A DNA stretch of 63,875 nt, filler included, from an uncultured Gemmatimonadota bacterium (GCA_964576115.1; 8 parts of 8 records of this genome joined end to end with filler, not necessarily neighbours in it), one strand, 5' to 3'. Numbered from the whole stretch's first letter, positions 19,692 through 28,922 are shown. Numbers and translations are program-made. Notes: generated from the sequence alone by a model not told the origin.

Positions 19692-20165
19692 GCCTGGAGC
19701 TGGATCCTGCTGGGCGAAAGCCTGGTCGGCACCCTGCGGATCGAAGCCCCCGCCTGGTGGCAGCGACGGCTGGTCGGGGCCACGGCGGCGGTCCTGTTCC
19801 TGAACTCGCCCCGCGGGCGGGAGCTCGCTCCCGATCAGCTCACGGTTCTCGAGGCCTGGAGCCGGTTCTGGACGGGGTACGCCGAATCCGTAGCGCTCGA
19901 CCTGCGTACCTGCGGGGCGGGGCCGCCGGCGGGCAGCGGGCCCGAAAGCCTCGAAATCGACGCCCGTCTTTTCCTGCTCGGCCGGGAAATCTGGCACGTG
20001 CAGGGGGTCGATGCGTTCGGTCTCTACCGCCGGGCCTGGCCGATCGGCAGCCGGTTCGCAACCGTGGCGGCGGCGCTCGATACGCTGACTGCGGTGATGC
20101 CCGGGATCGCTGAGTCGGCAGAACGGCTCTGCGAGCCGCGACGCGAGGAACCGCCCCGGCCGTGA
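19692..20165 (+). CDS. Hypothetical protein, 3' part only (not in the ORF track)
   Basis: Stop-free frame from the contig start (AWSWILLGESLVGTLRIEAP...EEPPRP) ends in TGA 20163-20165, overlapping the dinB GTG (GTGA). Confidence 0.6.
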   Translation, partial: AWSWILLGESLVGTLRIEAPAWWQRRLVGATAAVLFLNSPRGRELAPDQLTVLEAWSRFWTGYAESVALDLRTCGAGPPAGSGPESLEIDARLFLLGREIWHVQGVDAFGLYRRAWPIGSRFATVAAALDTLTAVMPGIAESAERLCEPRREEPPRP

Positions 20166-21364
20166 AGGTCATCTTCCACGTCGATATGGACGCTTTTTAT
20201 GTCTCGGTCGAGCGCCTGCGCCGGCCCGAGCTGATCGGCGTGCCGGTCGTCATCGGCGGGGCGCCCGGGAGCCGCGGAGTGGTGGCGGCGGCTTCGTATG
20301 AAGCCCGGCGATTCGGAGTTCATTCGGCTCAGCCGATGGCCCGTGCCCTCACGCTCTGCCCCGAAGCGGTCCGTATCGCTCCCGACATGACCGCCTATCT
20401 GGAGAGCTCCCGGCAGGTCGACGCTCTGCTGGAACGTTTCACGCCGGTCCGGCAGAAGGTCTCGATCGATGAAGCCTTTCTGGATATGACCGGCACCGAA
20501 CGGTTGTGGGGACCGCCCGCCGAAGCCGCCGCCGCTCTGCAGGGCGCGATCCGCGACGAACTCGGGCTGCCCTGTTCGGTCGGCGCCGGGGCCAACCGCC
20601 TCATCGCCAAGATCGCCTCGGGGCAGGCCAAACCGGCGGGGATCGTGATCGTCCCGCCGGGAACCGAACGGGCCTTTCTCGATCCCCTGCCGGTGGGGGT
20701 CATTCCTGGTGCCGGGCCGGTGGTGCAGGAACGGCTGGCCGACCTGGGGGTGCGTTCGATCGCCGAACTGCGCGCGGTTTCAGAACGGGTTCTGCGACGG
20801 ATGTTCGGAGCCCACGGGTACGAACTGGCGGCCAGGGCGCGGGGTGAAGGGCCCGCTCTGCTCGGTACGCGCGAGGCGCCGAAATCGATCAGCCGCGAGA
20901 CCACCTTCGCGGAGGATATCGACGATCCCGCGGCGCTGCGTACGGTCCTGACCCGTCTGCTCGGCCGGGCGGCGTCCGCCCTGCGGGCCGAGCATCTGGT
21001 CGCGGGAGGGGTGGCGGTCAAAGTGCGGTATGCCGATTTTGCCACACCTTCGAAGAGCGAGCAGCTGGCCGCGCCCACCGATCTGGATACCGAACTGCGG
21101 CCGGTGGCCCTCAGGCTCCTCGAAGCGCTGCTCGGGGCGCGGGCCGAACCGGTCCGGCTCCTCGGGGTGCGCCTCGAACGCCTGGTCGCCGAAGCCCAGA
21201 TGGGGCTCTTTGCAGCAGGGCACGACCGCTGGGACCGGGCCATTGCAGGGCTGGACAGGGTGCGGGAACGTCACGGTCACCGCAGCCTGCGCTGGGGGCG
21301 CGAACTGACCGGGGGCGGCGAGCGGGCCGAGGGCGACGGTCTGGGTGAGGATCGCCCCCGCTGA
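20162..21364 (+). CDS. dinB: DNA polymerase IV (Y family)
   Basis: HVDMDAFYVSVE, ASYEARRFGV, SIDEAFLD, AKIAS...KP and KSISRETTF. Confidence 0.95.
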   Translation: MKVIFHVDMDAFYVSVERLRRPELIGVPVVIGGAPGSRGVVAAASYEARRFGVHSAQPMARALTLCPEAVRIAPDMTAYLESSRQVDALLERFTPVRQKVSIDEAFLDMTGTERLWGPPAEAAAALQGAIRDELGLPCSVGAGANRLIAKIASGQAKPAGIVIVPPGTERAFLDPLPVGVIPGAGPVVQERLADLGVRSIAELRAVSERVLRRMFGAHGYELAARARGEGPALLGTREAPKSISRETTFAEDIDDPAALRTVLTRLLGRAASALRAEHLVAGGVAVKVRYADFATPSKSEQLAAPTDLDTELRPVALRLLEALLGARAEPVRLLGVRLERLVAEAQMGLFAAGHDRWDRAIAGLDRVRERHGHRSLRWGRELTGGGERAEGDGLGEDRPR

Positions 21365-21477
21365 GAGCGATCGCCGGTTACTCCGACAGGCCCCTATTTC
21401 ACGCTGGTGCCGGGGCCCTTCATCAATCAGTATGGCCAGGAAAAGAAGGATTCCGAACAATGTATCGGGAGGCCGGG

Positions 21478-23304
21478 ATGACGACAGACAGGTCACGGGA
21501 ACTGGAGTGCAGGTCTTCGGCGATCACCCTGTCGGACATGGAGGTATTCATCTTCCCCGAACTGCTGTACGGCCTCGTGCTGGCCAACATCATGTCCCCC
21601 CGGATCTGGGCCTGGCGCGACGATCCCTGGTTCGCCGGACTGGAGAAAATGAAGCCCTACCGCCGGATCACCCGTCTGAAGCAGTTCATCATGGATCGTT
21701 ACGTCTTCAACCTCGATCTCGAGACCTGGGGTCTGACGCGGACCGACCGCGAACTCGAACGCTTCCGCGACTTCGTCGGCGCCGAGGAACTGAGCCGTTC
21801 CAATGCGCTCTTCGGATACGAAGGGGATCGCTACTACTTCGATATCGACATCCGTACCCATTTCGGTCTGGACCGCTACGACTCCGATATCATCCCCTAC
21901 TGGAAAACCGAGACGGTCGAGGCCATGGATGCCTTCCGCCACAAACCCGAGTACGCCAACGGGGCGGGGGAGTGCGTCTCGCTGGCGGCCCTGTACGCCG
22001 CCGCGCTTTTCGTCGTGGTCGGTCTGCCCCTGCGCGATATCTACCTGATGGCCACGCCGCTGCATTCCCAGAACTTCATCGATCTCGATGACGGCATTCT
22101 GACCAACAACCGGCGGCTGGTGACGAAGAAAATGTGGTTCAACGGTACCGCCCTATCGGCTCAGGCCCGCCGGACCCTGGAGAACGAGCGGGTCACCATC
22201 GTGGCCCATGAATCCGGCTGGATGCACACCCTCTACGACACCGCGACCATCGATCCCGAGGCCTACGCGCACTTATCCGGCCGGCTGCGCGAATACCTTG
22301 TCACCGACCCGTCGGCCGAGATCCTGGGGCACTTCCTGCGCCACGCCGTCGAGGTGCAGCGTTGCTTTCAGCTGCGCTGGCACCGACACGGAGCGGACTG
22401 CTATCTGCCGGCCGAGCGGGCTTTTGCCTGGGAGCCGGAAACGCCCTACCTGCTGACCGATTCGACCCGATCGAGACTGCTCGGGGAGATCGATGCCGAG
22501 GAGTTCGTGCCCACTGCGCTCCCCAGGCGGATCATTCTGGACGATCTGGAGCAGGCCCTGCGGGCCGAGCCGGTGGACATCACCGACGACGACGATATCG
22601 CCCGCCTGAAGACGCGCTTCGGGCACGACTGCCTCGAGGCCGAGATGGCGCTGGACAGTTTCATCGCTTTCTGCCGTACCGAGCCGCGCCTGCCCGATCC
22701 GGGTGAAAAGACCTTTGCGGGCACCGACGCCCCGCTCGGAATCACGACCGACATGACCCGCGAAGAGATCATCGACCATCTCGACGCTCTGCGCCCACGG
22801 AATGCGACCGCCGACATGGCCTTTTACGCCTGGCGCGACCTGCGCCGGACCGAAACCGAGCCGTTCCTGCTGGCGGCGGTCGAGCGCAGTCCGGTGAGCA
22901 GCGCGGCGACGCGGACGATGACCGACGCCGAGGTCATCGGGGCGGTGAGCTCCCTGGACGGGGAATCCATCTATGACGGACCCGGTCGGCTGGCCCAGCC
23001 CGATGAAGTCTGGAACTTCGGTCGGGGCGATGGAGTCGAGAAAGCCCTGCTCCTGGCCGGTCTCTTCTGCAACCGCTACCCCGAGAAAGACATTGAGATC
23101 GCCGTCGGGCCCCGCTCGGCGGTCCTCGAGACTCCCGTCGGCAGGATCGAGTTTGCTTCGGTCAAGGACCTGCCCGAACAGACCTGGCGCCTGCCCCTGC
23201 GCGGATCGGCTCAGAGCGGTCCGGGGACTGCGGATCCCGGCTCCAACGAGGTGGATCGAAACGCCGGCCCGGCGACCGGGGGACCAGGGGAGAACGAATC
23301 GTGA
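21478..23304 (+). CDS. Hypothetical protein with transglutaminase/papain-like motifs
   Basis: Long ORF with GC3-biased codons; GGGAGG RBS before ATG 21478 (alternative start 21460); GECVSLAALY, PLHSQNFID; GTGA overlap with rlmH. Confidence 0.75.
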   Translation: MTTDRSRELECRSSAITLSDMEVFIFPELLYGLVLANIMSPRIWAWRDDPWFAGLEKMKPYRRITRLKQFIMDRYVFNLDLETWGLTRTDRELERFRDFVGAEELSRSNALFGYEGDRYYFDIDIRTHFGLDRYDSDIIPYWKTETVEAMDAFRHKPEYANGAGECVSLAALYAAALFVVVGLPLRDIYLMATPLHSQNFIDLDDGILTNNRRLVTKKMWFNGTALSAQARRTLENERVTIVAHESGWMHTLYDTATIDPEAYAHLSGRLREYLVTDPSAEILGHFLRHAVEVQRCFQLRWHRHGADCYLPAERAFAWEPETPYLLTDSTRSRLLGEIDAEEFVPTALPRRIILDDLEQALRAEPVDITDDDDIARLKTRFGHDCLEAEMALDSFIAFCRTEPRLPDPGEKTFAGTDAPLGITTDMTREEIIDHLDALRPRNATADMAFYAWRDLRRTETEPFLLAAVERSPVSSAATRTMTDAEVIGAVSSLDGESIYDGPGRLAQPDEVWNFGRGDGVEKALLLAGLFCNRYPEKDIEIAVGPRSAVLETPVGRIEFASVKDLPEQTWRLPLRGSAQSGPGTADPGSNEVDRNAGPATGGPGENES

Positions 23305-23765
23305 AACTCGTCGTGCTGGCGGTTGGGCGCCTGAAAGAGCGGGCCTGGACCGAGCGGGCCGACGAATACATGAAGCGGGCCGGGCGCTTTGCGCCCTGCG
23401 AGATGAAGGAAGTCAAAGCCGGGGCGGGTGGTGACGGAACCGCGGTGCTCGCCGAGGCCGAACGCCTGCTGGCCGCCGTCGAAGAGCGCGATACGGTGGT
23501 GGTCTGCGAGGAAGGGGGACGCCAGCTCTCGACTGCGGAACTGGCCGATTGGATCGGCGGCCGGTTCGCGGCCGGAGGTGCGGGCCGGCTCGTCTTCGTG
23601 GTCGGTGGAGCCGACGGAATCTCGCCGGCCGTCATCCGGCGGGCCGATCTGCGGCTCGGTCTCTCCCGCCTGACCCTGCCGCACGAACTGGCCCGGGTCG
23701 TGCTGCTCGAACAGCTCTACCGGGTGCTGACCCTCAACGCCGGACACCCCTATCACCGCGAATAA
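23301..23765 (+). CDS. rlmH: 23S rRNA (pseudouridine1915-N3)-methyltransferase
   Basis: MKLVVLAVGRLK, FVVGGADG, TLPHELARVVLLEQLYR and HPYH. Confidence 0.95.
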   Translation: MKLVVLAVGRLKERAWTERADEYMKRAGRFAPCEMKEVKAGAGGDGTAVLAEAERLLAAVEERDTVVVCEEGGRQLSTAELADWIGGRFAAGGAGRLVFVVGGADGISPAVIRRADLRLGLSRLTLPHELARVVLLEQLYRVLTLNAGHPYHRE

Positions 23766-23792
23766 CGGCGCCCTGTCACAGCTGCGGATAAC

Positions 23793-23831
23793 GAAAGAGG
23801 CCGGAGAGACTTGCGTCCCCCGGCCCCTTTC
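23793..23831 (-). terminator. Intrinsic terminator between convergent rlmH and yceI, possibly bidirectional
   Basis: Minus strand GAAAGGGGCCGGGGGAC-GCAA-GTCTCTCCGGCCTCTTTC: hairpin with a GNRA loop. Confidence 0.65.
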
Positions 23832-23910
23832 AGGCCGCGCGCTTCCCCTCCCGGATCACAAGCTCCTCACACTGCGCCCAGCCCCTTTCCTGTGCGGCCT
23901 CGCCGGAGGC

Positions 23911-24585
23911 TCACGCTCCGGGTCGGGTCAGGATTTCCAGGTTGATCTCCACCTCGACCATGTCGCTGACCACCAGGCCGCCGCTATCCAGCGTCCGGCT
24001 CCAGCTGACCCCGAAGTCCTGGCGGTCGAGACGGACACGGGCCTCGACCCCGTAGCGGGTTTCGCCGCGCATACCGGTTACCGGGCCGGTCAGCTCGAAG
24101 GGCAGCTCGATCTCACGGGTCACGTCGCGCATGGTCAGATCGCCGATCGCGACCAGGCGGCCCTCGCGGTTTTCGATCGTGCGGCTCGTGAAGGTCATAG
24201 ACGGCCAGGATTCGACGTCGAAAAAGTCGGCACTGCGCAGATGCTCGTCCCGGGCCTCGTTGTCGGTATTGATACTGGCGACGTCGATGGTGGCCGTAAT
24301 CGAAGAGGCGGCCAGATCGTCGGGATCGTAGCGGACCGTTCCGTCGAAGCTCGTGAAGCGACCCTGCACGGTGGCCACGACCATGTGCTTGACTTTGAAG
24401 GTCACCGTACTGTGCGCGGCGTCGATCCCGTAGCTGGTCAGGGCCGGCACGGCGGCAGGTGAGATGGTCGATCGGGTCTCCCTCTCACTGCCTTCGTCGG
24501 CGGCTGTGCCCAGGGCGACGGCGGCCAGCAGCAGGGCCGTGAGAGGCAGGGCGGTCACGGGAACACGTCTCTTCCGTCCGGTCAT
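23911..24585 (-). CDS. yceI: YceI family lipid/polyisoprenoid-binding protein, secreted
   Basis: IDAAHS, FKVKHM, GRF, RDEHLRSADFFDV, GDLT and RQDFG; GAGGAG RBS; signal peptide. Confidence 0.92.
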   Translation of the reverse strand: MTGRKRRVPVTALPLTALLLAAVALGTAADEGSERETRSTISPAAVPALTSYGIDAAHSTVTFKVKHMVVATVQGRFTSFDGTVRYDPDDLAASSITATIDVASINTDNEARDEHLRSADFFDVESWPSMTFTSRTIENREGRLVAIGDLTMRDVTREIELPFELTGPVTGMRGETRYGVEARVRLDRQDFGVSWSRTLDSGGLVVSDMVEVEINLEILTRPGA

Positions 24586-24681
24586 CGTTGTTACTCCTCG
24601 TCTGCCGTTCTCGGCCCTCGGCCGGCTCGTTTCAGGAATCGGTGCCGGTGACTTTCCCGGGGGCATCATTGTATGTACTAT

Positions 24682-24709
24682 AATATAATGAGGAGTCCTA
24701 ATCTGTCAA
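24682..24709 (-). promoter_or_regulatory. Sigma70-type promoter of yceI
   Basis: Minus strand reads TTGACA-N16-TATATT within an AT-rich island. Confidence 0.65.
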
Positions 24710-24731
24710 CATGTCAGTTACAGATTCGCCG

Positions 24732-24786
24732 GGGACACGCTACGCCGGGGACACACGAATCCGTGGGACACGCTGCGCCGGGGACA
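24732..24786. repeat. 22-nt direct repeat (two copies) containing four GGGACA boxes
   Basis: GGGACACGCTACGCCGGGGACA (24732-24753) versus GGGACACGCTGCGCCGGGGACA (24765-24786), one mismatch. Confidence 0.8.
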
Positions 24787-24816
24787 ATCGACGCCCGGGG
24801 AGAAATCCGCCGTCTG

Positions 24817-24849
24817 AAAAAAAACGCCCCTCCCGGGCGGGAGGGGCGT
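24817..24849 (-). terminator. Rho-independent terminator of the tricorn gene
   Basis: Perfect 11-bp stem ACGCCCCTCCC/GGGAGGGGCGT, 4-nt loop and an 8-T tract on the minus strand. Confidence 0.9.
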
Positions 24850-24873
24850 CAGTGGGTGTCGATGTAAAGGTTG

Positions 24874-27800
24874 CTACCTCTTGATCGGCGGTCGGGGCCG
24901 GGCGGGCAGGGAGCGCGGATCGGCGGCGATCATCCGCAGCACTTCCTCGATACCCCGCTCGAGCTGGGGATCGCGCCCGGCCAGGATCGATGCGGGATCA
25001 TTCTCCACCTCGATGTCGGGCACCACCCCGGTTCCTTCGACCACGTAGTTGCCTGCGGCATCGGCGAACCCGAACTGCGGCACGTTCACCGAACCGCCGT
25101 CGATGAGGGGACCGGTGCCGGTGTACCCGACCACCCCGCCCCACGAACGCTTGCCGATGAGCGGACCCAGGCCGGCCTCGCGGAAGGCGAAGGGGAAGAT
25201 ATCGCCGTCCGAGGCCGAGGTCTCGTTCAACAGGCAGACCATGTGACCGATGTAGACCGTGCGGGGGTAAGTCTGCACGATCTCCGAGCCCCGTGCGAAA
25301 CCGGTACTCAGCAAGGTGCGGGCCAGGCGGTTGATCAGCATGGCGCTGACATTGCCGCCGCCGTTGCCGCGCACGTCGATGATGAAGCCCTCGGTCCGGA
25401 CCTGGCCGTAGAACCACTTGACGAATTCCCGAATGCCGTTGGCGCCCATATCGGGAATGTGCATGTAGCCGACCCGGCCGTCGGTCATCTCGGCCACCAT
25501 CTCGCGCCGTTCTTCGACCCACTCGTAGTACTTCAGGTTGGTCTCGTCGGTGATCGGCTCGAACGTGACCTCGCGGGCCCCCTCGAGCAAAGGCCGGTCG
25601 TTGAGGGTGAAGGTCACCGCACTCCCGTTCTGAAAGCGCAGCCGGGCGTAGATGTTCTCCTCCGCCGTCAGCTCGATGCCGTTGATCGCCAGGATGTAAT
25701 CCCCGGCCGAAGCCTCGATTCCCACTTCGGTCAGAGGGGAGCGGTAGATGGCTTCGGCGTTGTCGCCGCGCCAGATCTGTGCGATCCGGTAGCGGCCGGC
25801 CCGCTCGTCGACCTCATACAGGGCTCCAGCCAGAGCCACCGGGGCCCGGGCGGGGATCTCGTAGTCACCGCCGGCGATGTAGCAATGCCCGGCGTTGAGT
25901 TCGGCGATCATCTCGCCCATGACGTAGTTCAGGTCGCTGCGGTGGGCGACATGGGGCAGCAGAGCGGCGTACTGGCGGCGAAGGGCCTCCCAGTCGTAAC
26001 CGTGCATGTTCTCCACATAGAAGTAGTCACGGAAGCGGCGCCAGACCTCGTTGAAGATCTGCTCCCACTCCTCGGCCGGAACCCGGTCGAGGCGCAGGCC
26101 CCGCAGGCTGATTGCGGTCGCCCCGGCGAAGGCGCCCGGGCGCAGGTCGGCGATTTTCCACTGCCCGCCGTGGGGCAGGAGCAGCTTGGAGCCGTCGGGG
26201 CTCACCGCTCCGCCGCCGACCCCGGCGGCATAGGTCTGTTCGCTCCGGTCGGCGAGGCTGAAGACCTTCAGTTCCGGTACGACGCCGGCTCCCCGTCCGT
26301 AGTAGAAAGGGGCTCCGGTGGCGTACCAGAGGTGGCCTTTCGTGGCAAAGAGACCGCCGTAGTTCTCGGCTCCAACCGGGATGCGCACCACCCGGCCAGC
26401 CAGCCCCTCCAGCTCGATGGCAAGGGCATCGTCGGCACTCTCATCGGCCGCTCCCTGACCGGCTGCTCCCGCGTGCCCGCCTTCACCGCCTCCTTCGGCT
26501 TCCTCCTCAGCGGTCACGGCTACCTCGTCGGAGCGGGGGGCGAAGGGGTGGGGGACATCGGAGCGCAGGGCCAGGGCGTAGATCAGGGTCTCCCTGTCGA
26601 CCACGTAGTTCCATTCAAAGGAACCGATCATGGGCGCGGTCTCGCGGTCCGAGAGATAGTAGAGGTAGTTCCCCTCCGGATCCCAGGCCGGGTTGAACTC
26701 GTTGAAGTGTCCGCTCGTGACCCGGTGCATCTCGTTCCCGGCCGCGTTCCAGAGCCAGATCGAACCGAAACCGCTCTCCTCGGGCAGGCTCATGGCCAGC
26801 CAGCCGCCGTTGGGCGACCAGGCGAAGTCGCCGAACCCACCACCGCGGTTCTTCACCACCGGGCGGGTGCGGCCGCTCGAGACCGTGACCACCGACAGCT
26901 GACCTTCCTTGTCGCAGAAGGCGATGCTTTCCGAATCGGGAGCCCAGCTCCAGGAGATGAGCCGGCCGCCGCGCCCACGCAGGCTGGTCAGCTGCTGCGG
27001 CTCGCCCGAACCGTCGCCGGGTATGAGCCAGATTTCCTCCTCGCCGGTGGCGTCGCTGACATAACCGACCCAGCGGCCGTCGGGAGACCACGAGGCGGCC
27101 CGGTCGTGGACGCCGGAGGAACGGGTCAGGTTGCGGGTCGGGCCGTGCTCGGCCGGAACGGTGAAGATGTCGCCCCGGGCCGTGAAGAGGGCCCGCTTGC
27201 CCTCGGGGCCGAGGTCGAAGTCCTCGATATTGCCGGCTACCGGGATGCTGGACGGTCGCGCCGCCACGCCGTCGTCGGGTACCACGATGTCGATTCCCAT
27301 CGAACGGCCCGAGGACAGATCGAGTACCTGCAGGCTGCCCCCCAGCTCGTAGACGATCCGGTCCCGGCCGTCATCGCCGGGCCAGCGCACATCCCAGTTC
27401 CGGCTGCGGGTGACCTGTTCCAGCCCCGAGGTGGCCGGGTCGAAAGCGTAGACGTTCAGGGTGCCGTCACGGTCGCTGGTGAAGTAGATCTTCTCCCCGA
27501 CCCACATCGGATCGCGGTCCGAGCGGGCGTGGTCGGTGAAGTTGCGGGCCGTTCCCGATGCGATATCGAAGATCCACAGATCCTGCGCCCAGCCGCCCTC
27601 GTAGCGTTTCCAGGCGCGGAAATCGCGGAAGAGGGGGCTGTAGACGACCTGCCTGCCGTCGGGGGAAAGATCTCCGGCTCCGGAAACCGGCATCGGCAGG
27701 GCGGTCGGAAAACCGCCCTCGTACGGCACGGTGAAGAGCCGGCTCTCGCCGAGGTCGTACCCCTCACGCAGGGAGCGGAAGAGCACCGCCTCTCCATCGG

Positions 27801-28185
27801 GGGTCCAGTCGTAGACCTGGTTGTCGTAGCCCCAGCGGGGGGGCAGCGGCCCCCGGGCCGGGTAAAACGTGAGCTGGCGGGGTTCCCCGCCCGCGGCCGG
27901 CATCACATAGACCTGTTCGTCTCCGTCGTACTGGCCCGTAAAGGCGATCCAGCGGCCGTCGGGCGAGAATTTCGCGAACTGTTCGAGCCCGGGATGGGCT
28001 GTCAGCCGGGTTGCCGTGCCCCCCGTGGCCGGAGCGGTCCAGAGATCGCCGGCGTAGGTGAACACCACCCGGTCCCCGTGGATGTCGGGGAAGCGGAGCA
28101 GTTTGGTCGGCTCGCCCTGGGCCAGGGCGGTCGCGGTGACCGCGACGGTCAGCAGCAGAGCCGGAAACAGAGTGCGGGGACGCAT
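24874..28185 (-). CDS. Tricorn protease homolog (S41), secreted
   Basis: LLRFPDIHGD, PD40 propeller repeats, PDZ domain, DVRGNGGG, SASDGD (catalytic Ser) and GKRSWGG; AAAGGAG RBS before ATG 28185. Confidence 0.95.
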   Translation of the reverse strand: MRPRTLFPALLLTVAVTATALAQGEPTKLLRFPDIHGDRVVFTYAGDLWTAPATGGTATRLTAHPGLEQFAKFSPDGRWIAFTGQYDGDEQVYVMPAAGGEPRQLTFYPARGPLPPRWGYDNQVYDWTPDGEAVLFRSLREGYDLGESRLFTVPYEGGFPTALPMPVSGAGDLSPDGRQVVYSPLFRDFRAWKRYEGGWAQDLWIFDIASGTARNFTDHARSDRDPMWVGEKIYFTSDRDGTLNVYAFDPATSGLEQVTRSRNWDVRWPGDDGRDRIVYELGGSLQVLDLSSGRSMGIDIVVPDDGVAARPSSIPVAGNIEDFDLGPEGKRALFTARGDIFTVPAEHGPTRNLTRSSGVHDRAASWSPDGRWVGYVSDATGEEEIWLIPGDGSGEPQQLTSLRGRGGRLISWSWAPDSESIAFCDKEGQLSVVTVSSGRTRPVVKNRGGGFGDFAWSPNGGWLAMSLPEESGFGSIWLWNAAGNEMHRVTSGHFNEFNPAWDPEGNYLYYLSDRETAPMIGSFEWNYVVDRETLIYALALRSDVPHPFAPRSDEVAVTAEEEAEGGGEGGHAGAAGQGAADESADDALAIELEGLAGRVVRIPVGAENYGGLFATKGHLWYATGAPFYYGRGAGVVPELKVFSLADRSEQTYAAGVGGGAVSPDGSKLLLPHGGQWKIADLRPGAFAGATAISLRGLRLDRVPAEEWEQIFNEVWRRFRDYFYVENMHGYDWEALRRQYAALLPHVAHRSDLNYVMGEMIAELNAGHCYIAGGDYEIPARAPVALAGALYEVDERAGRYRIAQIWRGDNAEAIYRSPLTEVGIEASAGDYILAINGIELTAEENIYARLRFQNGSAVTFTLNDRPLLEGAREVTFEPITDETNLKYYEWVEERREMVAEMTDGRVGYMHIPDMGANGIREFVKWFYGQVRTEGFIIDVRGNGGGNVSAMLINRLARTLLSTGFARGSEIVQTYPRTVYIGHMVCLLNETSASDGDIFPFAFREAGLGPLIGKRSWGGVVGYTGTGPLIDGGSVNVPQFGFADAAGNYVVEGTGVVPDIEVENDPASILAGRDPQLERGIEEVLRMIAADPRSLPARPRPPIKR

Positions 28186-28317
28186 GGTATCTCCTTTGTT
28201 CTGAGCCGAGACGGCATCCGGTGGAAAATAGTCTGTCATGGCGGCCCGTGGCGCCAGTACCGGGACCGCACCGATGTCCAATATCGTTCTATACGGTACC
28301 GGGGTCAGCCCGGTTCG
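28183..28317 (-). repeat. Copy A of a duplicated promoter/leader/RBS module, upstream of tricorn
   Basis: Aligns without gaps to 28664-28798 (about 91/135 identical by hand count); contains GAACC-N16-CGTAT. Confidence 0.8.
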
Positions 28318-28666
28318 CCTGCTTCGCTCGGCGGGGGCGTCGATCGGCTCTCTTCTCGAACTCTAGGAATTCCACCGGAGCGCCGTTCGAAACGATAAAG
28401 GCGACCCGTACTCCGGGACCGGGACTGTTCGGTTCGATCAGGATCTCTTCACCCGCGATGGACGCCTCCAGATCGTCCACCTCGAAGGCGATGTGCGGCA
28501 CCGTCCTGATCAATTCGGGCAGGGGGCAGTCGGGGGCGAAGCGCATCCATTCGATCCCGTACGGGCTCTCCTCGTATCCCCGAACCCAGCACCGGAACTC
28601 CGCGAGGTACTCCTCGTCGGGGTGCTGCTGGTCGGTCGGTATGCCGAGATGATGGTAGCGAAGCAT
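28289..28666 (-). CDS. VOC/glyoxalase-like protein
   Basis: YHHLGIPT, PHIAFEVDDL and VAFI...GAPVEFLE; CAGGAGA RBS before ATG 28666. Confidence 0.85.
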   Translation of the reverse strand: MLRYHHLGIPTDQQHPDEEYLAEFRCWVRGYEESPYGIEWMRFAPDCPLPELIRTVPHIAFEVDDLEASIAGEEILIEPNSPGPGVRVAFIVSNGAPVEFLEFEKRADRRPRRAKQANRADPGTV

Positions 28667-28798
28667 GCAATCTCCTGTATTCGGGGCCGTGCCGGCATCC
28701 AGTGACGAGCGGACGACCGGGGCGGTCCACCGGGCCGGGAAGGGGACCGCATGGGAATCCAATATCGTTCCATACGTCTGCAGAAACAGCCCGGTTCG
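28664..28798 (-). repeat. Copy B of the duplicated promoter/leader/RBS module, upstream of the VOC gene
   Basis: Constant 481-nt offset from copy A, from the ATG through CGAACCGGGCTG. Confidence 0.8.
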
Positions 28799-28822
28799 GG
28801 AATGAACTGAATGAACGGTACG

Positions 28823-28922
28823 NNNNNNNNNNNNNNNNNNNNNNNNNNNNNNNNNNNNNNNNNNNNTTAATTAATTAANNNNNNNNNNNNNNNNNNNNNN
28901 NNNNNNNNNNNNNNNNNNNNNN
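28823..28922. other. Artificial contig spacer
   Basis: 44N-TTAATTAATTAA-44N. Confidence 0.98.

Noticed and set aside
20162..21364. Possible imuA-imuB-dnaE2 mutagenesis cassette or SOS box
   Set aside because: The protein retains the catalytic DMDAF and SIDE residues of active DinB, no dnaE2 follows, and its promoter lies off the contig.
24732..24786. Possible mini CRISPR array
   Set aside because: Only two 22-nt copies separated by 11 nt, with no cas genes. Kept only as a possible regulatory repeat.
24871..28398. 1175-aa plus-strand ORF, and similar long antisense ORFs (1367-3358, 28962-30632, 45796-47739, 47543-49246, 55363-57240, 56940-58580)
   Set aside because: Shadow ORFs opposite well-supported genes. 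They are expected from high-GC3 codon bias and carry no recognisable motifs.
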